Origin: Armatimonadota bacterium
Lineage (GTDB): Bacteria > Sysuimicrobiota > Sysuimicrobiia > Sysuimicrobiales > Humicultoraceae
Reading direction: 5' to 3'
Assembly: GCA_037446215.1 (NCBI GenBank)
Contig: JBBIJB010000065.1
Location: 1 to 12,401 of the forward strand
DNA: 12,401 nt
The notes under the pieces were generated by a model. That model had not been told where the DNA came from. It saw only the letters and a list, made by a program, of their open reading frames with translations, and searched no databases. Positions 1 through 6,822 of the stretch are shown here, piece by piece. Numbering within the stretch: the stretch's first letter is position 1; every line of letters begins with the position of its first letter. The position numbers and the translations under genes are program-made.

Positions 1-245
1 GGTTCCCTGTACCCGCAATCCGCTACAGCGGGGCTGAACTCCCGCCCAGAGGCGGCATCCTTTGGGGCCGGGCCCACGTGCGCAGCGAAGAGGGCCGGGT
101 CCTGTGCAACGGAGACTGGCGAACCCCGCTAGGCCCGGAAGGGAGCAACGGTAAGCCAGGCACCCCGTGTGCCGCAGGGTAACCTGACCGGAGCAGGCGG
201 CGTGTACGCCGCCTGGAGGGTGACCGTCGAAGGCGGGTGCACGGC
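1..245 (+). ncRNA. ffs: Large bacterial signal recognition particle RNA (Bacillus scRNA type, with Alu domain); 5' end cut by the window edge
   Basis: Helix-8 Ffh-binding motif AGGCCCGGAAGGGAGCA at 131-147. The 5' part GGTTCCCTGTACCCGCAATCCGCTACAGCGGGGCTGAA closely matches the recalled B. subtilis scRNA Alu segment (GGTGCCCTGTACCTGCAATCCGCTCTAGCAGGGCCGAA). Conserved blocks GGGTCCTGTGCAA, GTGCCGCAGGGT and terminal GGTGCACGG are present. CCCGCC (41-46) pairs with GGCGGG (232-237). Confidence 0.95.
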
Positions 246-276
246 CAAACCACCCGCTTGGCTCCCAGGGCGTCCT

Positions 277-2763
277 CTACTCCTTGGGCTCCTGCGGTTC
301 CTCCTTGCCCGCGGGCTCGGGACGGCCCGCCTCCTCTCGTTCGGGCCTCTGAGGGCCAAACCTGCGCAGGCTCTCCGCCAGGGTCTGCAGCCTCTGTCCG
401 ACCAGGAAGTTCACGGTGCCCTCGGGGAAGTTGCCCTCTGAGTCGGCCTCTCCCGCCGGGGTACCGGTGAGCACCTCGATACCCTCGTCTATCGTGCCCA
501 CGGCCCAGATGTGGAACTTACCCTCGCGGACGGCCTCGGTCGCCTCGTCGTTCAGCATCAGATTTCGGAGGTTCTGGCGCGGGATCATGACGCCCTGGCG
601 CCCAGTCAATCCCATCGCCTTGCAGACGTAGTAGTAGCCCTCGACCTTCTCGTTCACGCCTCCGATCGGCTGGACCTCGCCCTTCTGGTTCACCGACCCT
701 GTGACCGCGATCCCCTGATCGATCGGCACACCGGCCAGGTCGCTCAGCAGGGCGTAGAGCTCGGTCGAGGAAGCCGAGTCGCCGTCAACCTCCTCGTAGG
801 TCTGCTCGAAGGTGATCGAGGCGTTGAGCGACAGCGGGCGCCTCTGTGCGAACTTGCCGCCAAGGTACGCCCCCAGGGTCAGTACGCCCTTGCTGTGGAT
901 CCTCCCCGACATCTGTATCTCACGCTCGATGTTCACGACACCTCGCCCACCCACGAAGGCTCGGGCCGTAACGCGCGAGGGCCGGCCGAAGGCGTAATCC
1001 CCGAGCAACAGCACCGAGAGGCCGTTCACCTGCCCGGTCACTCCGCCCTCAAGCGTCACCAGGATCTGGCCCTCCCGTATCAGGTCGCGGATGCGCTCCT
1101 CGATCCGGTTGCTGCGGCGGATCCGCTCGTCTATCGCGCGGCGGACGTGGTCGGCCGTGACCGCGGAGGCGCCGTCCTGCCTGGCCCATGCAGAGGCCTC
1201 GAAGATCACGTCAACCATCTCGTTGAAGCGCATCGACAGCCGATGCTGGTCGCCGGCGATGCGGGCGCTCTGCTCGAGGGTGCGGGCGATCGCGCCGCGG
1301 TCGAACGGCAGAAGCCCCTGCCGGCGGCAGATGGTACCGATCGCCTGCGCGTAGTCGACCATGGCGGCATCGGTCCGTTCGACGTCGACGTCGAAGTCGG
1401 CCTTGATCTTGAACAGCTTGGGGAAGTCGTCGTCGTACTGGTATAGGATGTGGTAGATCAGGGGAGAGCCGATGAGTATCACCTTTATGTTCAGGGGGAT
1501 CGGCTCTGGGCGAAGGGTCGCGGTGGCAAACAGGCCGTACTGCTCCCCCAGGTTCTCGATCCGTACCTCACGGCTCTTCAGCGCGCGCTTCAGCCCCTCC
1601 CAGGCAAACGGCGTGGTCAGGAGATCTCTCGCCTGCAGGATCAGGAAGCCGCCGTTGGAGCAGTGCATCGCCCCGGGCTTGATCATAGTGAAGTCGGTGA
1701 CCATGGTGCCCATCTCGCCCCTGTACTCCGTCTTGCCGAGCAGGTTGAAGTGCGTGGGGTTCAGGGGGATCTCGACCGGCGCGCCCTTGCTGTGGTCTAT
1801 GAACAGGTTCACCCGGTAGCGGGTGAACTCGGGCCTGCGCTGCATGAAGGGAAACTGCGGCTGCTGCCCCTCCCCTTCGTCCTTGAAGTCGTCGTGCCGC
1901 TCCACGATGTCCTCCAGGAAGCGTTCGAGCCAGGCCACGATCCGCTCGTACTCCGAGTAGCGCTGCTTCAGGGCGTCCACGGCATGGCCGGCAACCGACC
2001 GCACCGCGGTTTGCTCCAGCTCCTTGACCGCCTCCCTGGCCTCGCGCTCTATCACGCGCACCTTGCGGGTGGTCTCCGCCACGCTCTCCTGCAGGGCGCG
2101 CGCGCGGCGCTCCAGCTCCTGCCGGTGGGCGGGCCCGAGCTGAGACAGCTGCTCCTCTGCGAGGGGCTCACCCGACGAGGAGATCGCCACCGTCGCGATG
2201 CCCATCGGGGTTCGCTGCAGCGCGAACCCCTGGCGCCTGGCCTCCTGCTCCAGATCGCGCCAGATGGCGTTTGCCTGCTGCTCGAACGTCTGCACCAGGC
2301 CCCCGCGCTTGGTCTCGTAGGTCTCGCTGGCGAACAGCTTGCGGATCGAGTCCTTCATCTCCTCGACCAGCTGCTCGACGTCGCGGCGGAACTTGCCGCC
2401 CTCGCCGGGCTTCAGCGATATCGCGATCGGCTGGTCGGGCTGCTGGAAGTTGTGGACGTAAATCCAGTCCGAGGGCGCGGACATGGTCTCGGCGATCTGC
2501 CGCACCCTGGTCTGCGCGTAGGTTGCCCGCCCCGTTCCGGGAGGCCCGGCAACGAAGATGTTGTAGCCGGGCTGGGGCACGGTGAGCCCGAAGTTGAGCG
2601 CCCGCACTGCCCGATCCTGCCCGACTATGCTCTCTCCGGCAGGCAGTTCGGCCGTGGTCTCGAATGGCAGGTCCTCGGGCCTGCAGGTCCATCGGACCTC
2701 CTCGGCAGGCACGCGCCGGCCGGTGCGCATCTCCTCACTTCGGCTATCGTTGGGTGTGCTCAT
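277..2763 (-). CDS. Lon-like protease, LonC/COG1067 type (AAA-like domain with coiled-coil insert plus S16 protease domain)
   Basis: 828 aa ORF. N-terminal IVGQDRAVRAL..GYNIFVAGPPGTG, long helical insert, then TDFTMIKPGAMH..NGGFLIL and PEPIPLNIKVILIG. Ser-Lys dyad motifs DGDSAS (769-786) and IGGVNEKVEG. No transmembrane insert, unlike archaeal LonB. Confidence 0.93.
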   Translation of the reverse strand: MSTPNDSRSEEMRTGRRVPAEEVRWTCRPEDLPFETTAELPAGESIVGQDRAVRALNFGLTVPQPGYNIFVAGPPGTGRATYAQTRVRQIAETMSAPSDWIYVHNFQQPDQPIAISLKPGEGGKFRRDVEQLVEEMKDSIRKLFASETYETKRGGLVQTFEQQANAIWRDLEQEARRQGFALQRTPMGIATVAISSSGEPLAEEQLSQLGPAHRQELERRARALQESVAETTRKVRVIEREAREAVKELEQTAVRSVAGHAVDALKQRYSEYERIVAWLERFLEDIVERHDDFKDEGEGQQPQFPFMQRRPEFTRYRVNLFIDHSKGAPVEIPLNPTHFNLLGKTEYRGEMGTMVTDFTMIKPGAMHCSNGGFLILQARDLLTTPFAWEGLKRALKSREVRIENLGEQYGLFATATLRPEPIPLNIKVILIGSPLIYHILYQYDDDFPKLFKIKADFDVDVERTDAAMVDYAQAIGTICRRQGLLPFDRGAIARTLEQSARIAGDQHRLSMRFNEMVDVIFEASAWARQDGASAVTADHVRRAIDERIRRSNRIEERIRDLIREGQILVTLEGGVTGQVNGLSVLLLGDYAFGRPSRVTARAFVGGRGVVNIEREIQMSGRIHSKGVLTLGAYLGGKFAQRRPLSLNASITFEQTYEEVDGDSASSTELYALLSDLAGVPIDQGIAVTGSVNQKGEVQPIGGVNEKVEGYYYVCKAMGLTGRQGVMIPRQNLRNLMLNDEATEAVREGKFHIWAVGTIDEGIEVLTGTPAGEADSEGNFPEGTVNFLVGQRLQTLAESLRRFGPQRPEREEAGRPEPAGKEEPQEPKE

Positions 2764-2772
2764 ACTCTGAAG

Positions 2773-2800
2773 ATTCGCACCCCCCTGAGGGCTCTCCTGT
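2773..2800 (-). promoter_or_regulatory. Putative sigma-H-like promoter for lon (AGGA-N18-GAAT)
   Basis: Minus strand reads ACAGGA-gagccctcaggggggtgc-GAAT-cttcagagt-ATG. This is an exact AGGA-N18-GAAT match to the B. subtilis sigma-H core consensus, ending 9 nt before the start codon. Confidence 0.55.
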
Positions 2801-2817
2801 GGCTAGGGGCCGCCCCT

Positions 2818-2847
2818 GGGGGAATAGGGCCTCATCGGAGCGAACTC
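2818..2847 (+). promoter_or_regulatory. Putative sigma-H-like promoter for the GYD gene (GGGA-N18-GAAC)
   Basis: GGGGGAATA-gggcctcatcgg-AGCGAACTC compared with consensus RNAGGAWWW-N11/12-RNNGAATWW. Same 18-nt core spacing as the divergent lon element, with one mismatch in each core. Confidence 0.4.
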
Positions 2848-2923
2848 CCCAGCGTAGGGCCTTGGGAGGCCCCGGGGCACGGTGGGGCGTCCCAGGTAAT
2901 CCGGCGACAGGAGGGCGAGCGCA

Positions 2924-3211
2924 ATGGCAACCTACCTGATGCTAAGCAACCTGACCGACGACGGAGCCGGCACCATCAAGAAGAACCCGGCCCGGATCAA
3001 GGAGGTCAACAAGGAGGTCGAGGCCTGGGGCGCGAGGATCGTCTCGCAGTTCGCGGTGCTCGGCCCGTTCGACTTCGCCACGATCATCGAGGCCCCCAGC
3101 GCGGAGACGGTGGCCAAGGTCTCGATCGAGCTCGGCGCGCGCGGCAGCGTCAAGATCCAGACGATGCAACTGATACCGATTGACGTTTTCATCTCCAGCA
3201 TGCAGTCGTAG
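2924..3211 (+). CDS. GYD domain-containing protein
   Basis: 95 aa, RBS AGGAGGG at 2909-2915. Family pattern MATYLML..LT..G..TIK.NP.R, then LGPFD (variant of G.YD) and ELGARGSVKIQT. Confidence 0.9.
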   Translation: MATYLMLSNLTDDGAGTIKKNPARIKEVNKEVEAWGARIVSQFAVLGPFDFATIIEAPSAETVAKVSIELGARGSVKIQTMQLIPIDVFISSMQS

Positions 3212-3283
3212 CGACACCTGCCGGCTTCGCACAGGGCAGGGGCACCACAACCGGAGCGACAGCGGAAAGTGGCGGGTGAAAAG

Positions 3284-4150
3284 ATGCTCGATGTGCTCAT
3301 GATCGGTCACTTCGCGAAGGACCGACTGATCTACCGCGGAACCACCGAGATCGCCTCGGGGGGAGGCATCTACTACGGCTCGATGGCGCTCCGCCGGCTG
3401 GGCTACTCCGTTGGGGTCGTCACCAAGATGCACCCGGACGACTTCGGCATGCTGGACGAGCTCCGCGGCGAAGGAATAGAGGTCCACGCATCCGCCGCCT
3501 CCGCGACGACCGGCATCGAGAACACCTATCCCACCGACGACATGGACCGGCGCATCTGCCGGCCCCTGGGCTCTGCCGGGGCGTTCTCGGAGGAGGAGAT
3601 CCCCCACCTGGACGCCGGCGTGACGATCATCACACCGCTGATGGCAGGCGAGATGCCCCCGGAGCTGGTTCGCGCGGTCGCCTCGCGGGGGCCGACCGGG
3701 ATCGACGTGCAGGGGTTCATCAGGGTCCCCGAGGGCGAGACGCTGGTCACCAGGGAGTGGCCCACCATCAGGCAGGACCTCGAGGGCGTGGCCTTCCTCA
3801 AGACCGACGACGCGGAGGCCGAGATGCTCACGGGTCTAGCCGACCGCGAGCGCGCCGGCCGGGCACTGGCCGGCCTAGGCCCGCGAGAGGTCGTGCTGAC
3901 GCACGCCCGCGGGGTAATGGTCTTCGCGGAGGGAGGGGTGTTCGAGGCGCCGTTCGTGCCGCGCGGAGTGACGGGCCGCACCGGGCGCGGAGACACCTGC
4001 TTCTCGACCTACCTGGCGGGCCGTCTCTCGCTGGGACCGGGGGAGGCGTGTCGGCTCGCCGCCGCGGTCACTTCGCTCAAGGTGGAACGCCCGGGCCCCT
4101 ACCGGGGGACGCGTGAGGAGGCCGAGCGCCTGGCCGCCACGTTCGTGTAG
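3284..4150 (+). CDS. PfkB/ribokinase-family carbohydrate or nucleoside kinase
   Basis: DVLMIGHFAKD, SGGGIYYGS, DVQGFIR, LKTDDAEA and C-terminal GRTGRGDTCF (variant of DTTGAGD). Start is ATG 3284 or the in-frame GTG at 3269. Confidence 0.88.
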   Translation: MLDVLMIGHFAKDRLIYRGTTEIASGGGIYYGSMALRRLGYSVGVVTKMHPDDFGMLDELRGEGIEVHASAASATTGIENTYPTDDMDRRICRPLGSAGAFSEEEIPHLDAGVTIITPLMAGEMPPELVRAVASRGPTGIDVQGFIRVPEGETLVTREWPTIRQDLEGVAFLKTDDAEAEMLTGLADRERAGRALAGLGPREVVLTHARGVMVFAEGGVFEAPFVPRGVTGRTGRGDTCFSTYLAGRLSLGPGEACRLAAAVTSLKVERPGPYRGTREEAERLAATFV

Positions 4151-4175
4151 TCGCCGCGGTGAGGGGCTACCGTAG

Positions 4176-5099
4176 ATGAGACTCACAGGGCTGCACCTGC
4201 TCCTGACCTACCGGTGCACCGCGGAGTGCGAACACTGCTTCGTGTGGGGAAGCCCCCGCCAGTCCGGCACCATGACGATGGCGACGATCCGGGCGATCCT
4301 GCGCCAGGCCTCCGAGGTGGAGAGCATAGAGCGGATCTACTTCGAGGGCGGCGAGCCGTTCCTCTACTACCCGGTCCTGGCATGGGGCGTCAGGGAGACA
4401 GCGGCCGCCGGCTTCCGCGTGGGCATCGTCACGAACGGCTTCTGGGCGACATCGGTAGAGGATGCGCTCGAGTGGCTGGACCCCTTTGGGGGGCTGATCT
4501 CGGACCTCTCGATAAGCACCGATCTCTACCACTACGAGGTGCCGGTCAGCTCGCAGGCGAGGGACGCGCAGGCCGCAGCGCAGAGACTCGACATTCCGAC
4601 AGGGGTTATCTCCGTCGCCCAACCCGAGGCCACTGACGCCGTGGCGTCGGAAGGGCAGCTGCCCCCTGGTGAGTCGACGGTGATGTTCCGCGGGAGGGCC
4701 GCGGAAAAGCTGGCGTCCGGCGTGCCCGGCAGCCCGTGGCAGCGGTTCGAGGAGTGTCCCCACGAGGACCTTCGCGAGCCCGGCCGCGTGCACGTGGACC
4801 CCTTTGGCAACCTCCACATCTGCCAGGGCATAGTCGTGGGCAACCTGCTGCGGGCGCCGCTAGGTGAGATCTGTGCCGGCTACGACCCGGAGGCCCACCC
4901 GATCGTGGGGCCGCTGCTGGCTGGTGGACCGGCGGAGTTGGCGCGGCGCTACGCCCTGCCGGTCCGCGAGTCCTACGCCGACGCCTGCCACCTCTGCTAC
5001 GAAGCCAGGCGCGCGCTTCGGGAGCGGTTCGCCGACATCCTTGCGCCCGACCAGATGTATGGCGTTCCAGACGGCTGTTTGTGCTACGCTAAGAGGTGA
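4176..5099 (+). CDS. Radical SAM protein with probable C-terminal auxiliary Fe-S (SPASM/twitch-like) domain
   Basis: CxxxCxxC (CTAECEHC, 4215-4238), FEGGEPFL and VTNGFW motifs. C-terminal C..RVHVDPFGNLHIC..GNL and CHLC (4986-4997). RBS GAGGGG upstream. Confidence 0.92.
   Translation: MRLTGLHLLLTYRCTAECEHCFVWGSPRQSGTMTMATIRAILRQASEVESIERIYFEGGEPFLYYPVLAWGVRETAAAGFRVGIVTNGFWATSVEDALEWLDPFGGLISDLSISTDLYHYEVPVSSQARDAQAAAQRLDIPTGVISVAQPEATDAVASEGQLPPGESTVMFRGRAAEKLASGVPGSPWQRFEECPHEDLREPGRVHVDPFGNLHICQGIVVGNLLRAPLGEICAGYDPEAHPIVGPLLAGGPAELARRYALPVRESYADACHLCYEARRALRERFADILAPDQMYGVPDGCLCYAKR
5082..5090 (+). promoter_or_regulatory. Putative extended -10 promoter (TGnTAnnnT)
   Basis: TGcTACGCT lies in an AT-richer patch inside the last codons of the radical SAM gene, about 60 nt upstream of ATG 5150. 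No clear -35 box. Confidence 0.4.
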
Positions 5100-5149
5100 C
5101 CCGGTCTGCCAGGGGATGCTCCCGGGGCCGGACCGGGCGAGGCGACGCG

Positions 5150-5542
5150 ATGAAGATGCTTCGAACCGCCCTGCTCGCGATGGTCGTCACCGCAATGGCC
5201 GCGGCCGCAGCGCACACCGCCGCACGGACGCGCAGCGCAGCGCAGCAGCTTACGGCCCCGCCGGTGCCGCCCGAGCTCCGCGAGTTCATACCCCTCCCTG
5301 GGCCCGGCAACCAGAGCCCCGGCCCGGGACAGGGCCAGGAAGAGTGCGAGCCGGTCATCCTCTTCTACCATGAGGGGCGCCTCTACCGCCTGCAGCCGGG
5401 TCAGAGGGACGGCCAGGGCAGGCCGACCGTGCCCCCGGAGTTCTTCCCCCTGGATCCCTACCAGGGTCCCCCGATCCCAGGCCTTCCCTTCCCGCAGCAG
5501 GAGGGAGTCCCCGGTCTAAGACCTGGCAGCCCGAGGCTGTAG
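5150..5542 (+). CDS. Hypothetical exported Pro/Gly/Gln-rich protein
   Basis: From ATG 5150 the N-terminus MKMLRTALLAMVVTAMAAAAAHTA resembles a Sec signal peptide. The ORF fills the gap between two co-oriented genes, with GAGG upstream. Alternative GTG start at 5096. Confidence 0.7.
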   Translation: MKMLRTALLAMVVTAMAAAAAHTAARTRSAAQQLTAPPVPPELREFIPLPGPGNQSPGPGQGQEECEPVILFYHEGRLYRLQPGQRDGQGRPTVPPEFFPLDPYQGPPIPGLPFPQQEGVPGLRPGSPRL

Positions 5543-5582
5543 GCCTGGGTAGCGGGATAGAGAGATCTCCAGGAAGATCCAC

Positions 5583-6797
5583 TTGAGGGTTGCCCGCAGC
5601 GCCGAGGCCATCGCCCCGCTCCTCGTGATCCTGTTCGGGTTCGAGGTGGGCGTCTCGCTATTCGGACCGCTGCTGCCCCTGGTGCAGCAGGAGTTCGAGG
5701 TCTCCGCCGGCAGCGTCGCCGTCGCCCTGTCGATCTACCACGGGATCCGGCTGCTCGTCAATGTCCCTCTCGGGCGGCTGGTCTCGCGATCGGCCCTCCC
5801 GGCCATGCTCGCGATCGGCGGTGCCGTGATGGCCGCCGGTGGGATCATCGTGGCGATGGCGCCGGAGTTCTGGGTAGTCCTGGCGGGCCGAGCCGTGATG
5901 GGCGTGGGCTCGGCGCTCTTCTTCATTACGGTGCAGTTCTGGATCTCAAAGGTCGCCACCCCCCAGGACAAGGCGCAGCTGTTCAGCTACCACCAGATCT
6001 CCGCCCTCGCGGGGACCGCGCTTGGGCCCGTGCTGAGCGGCGCAATCGCCGGCTGGCTCTCGTGGCGGTACTCGCTGCTGCTGGCGGCGGTGACCGGCCT
6101 GATGACGCTTGCCGCGAGCAGGCGCCTCGTCGATCCGGCCGCGGTCAGGATCGCGGGGTCCTGGCGCGCACAGCCACTGGAAGCGGGCGTGGTCCTGGCG
6201 CAGTACCCTCCAGAGGAGCAGGCGGCGGACGCCGCCCTGGGGTGGTCCTTGGTCCTGGGACCGGGCCTGATCATGATGGCGCTCTTCTTCTTCCACGGAG
6301 GGGTGGGGATGACGCTGCTCCCCCTGTTCGGGGCGCGCGAGGTAGGGCTCGGACCGGCCGCCATCGGCGGGATTCTGATGATCGGCACGCTCCAGAGGTT
6401 TGGCGCGGCGCTGCTGGGAGGACGGCTGGCGTCCCGGTTCGGCGTGCGGCCTACCGTGTTGTGGAGCCTCGCGGCGCTATCTGTTGGAGTGATGAGCTTC
6501 CTCGCGGTGGGATCGCCCGTCGGGCTGGTCGTCGCGGTCTCACTGGTCTCCTGGGCCAACCTGGGAGGCAGCCTGGTCATAGCGCTCGTCACCGACGTGG
6601 TCCCGGAGAAGCATTGGGGAACGGCGCTCGGCATCAACCGGACCATGGCCGATCTAGGCGCGATGGTGGCGCCTATCATGGTTGGGTCGCTGATAGATGG
6701 CTTCGGCTTCAAGGTGGCATTCGCGGCGACCGCGGCTGTGATGCTGGCGGGCGCGGGCGCGGCGGCCGTGCTGACAAAGGTTGGGAGCCGCCAGTAG
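5583..6797 (+). CDS. MFS transporter
   Basis: 404 aa with about 12 hydrophobic segments in two halves. Motif-A-like loops GRLVSRS and GRLASRFGVR, plus GRAVMGVG and GPVLSG.IA..LSWR. TTG start preceded by AGGAAG. Confidence 0.92.
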   Translation: MRVARSAEAIAPLLVILFGFEVGVSLFGPLLPLVQQEFEVSAGSVAVALSIYHGIRLLVNVPLGRLVSRSALPAMLAIGGAVMAAGGIIVAMAPEFWVVLAGRAVMGVGSALFFITVQFWISKVATPQDKAQLFSYHQISALAGTALGPVLSGAIAGWLSWRYSLLLAAVTGLMTLAASRRLVDPAAVRIAGSWRAQPLEAGVVLAQYPPEEQAADAALGWSLVLGPGLIMMALFFFHGGVGMTLLPLFGAREVGLGPAAIGGILMIGTLQRFGAALLGGRLASRFGVRPTVLWSLAALSVGVMSFLAVGSPVGLVVAVSLVSWANLGGSLVIALVTDVVPEKHWGTALGINRTMADLGAMVAPIMVGSLIDGFGFKVAFAATAAVMLAGAGAAAVLTKVGSRQ

Positions 6798-6822
6798 GCA
6801 GCGGGGGAAGGTGATCCACGGC

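Noticed and set aside
23..470. Short ORFs overlapping the first 470 bp
   Set aside because: The region is explained by the SRP RNA and the lon 3' end.
511..3183. Long + strand ORFs 511..1446 (311 aa) and 1450..3183 (577 aa)
   Set aside because: Antisense shadows of the lon gene, expected from high GC3 codon bias; no recognisable motifs.
3217..3240. Inverted repeat CCTGCC...GGCAGG after the GYD stop as a terminator or riboswitch
   Set aside because: Only a 6-bp stem with a 12-nt loop, no U-tract and no recognisable aptamer core.
4176..5542. RiPP cluster with the Pro-rich protein as the radical SAM precursor
   Set aside because: The candidate has a signal peptide, is about 130 aa and seems separately promoted. 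No RRE/PqqD domain or peptide exporter is visible.
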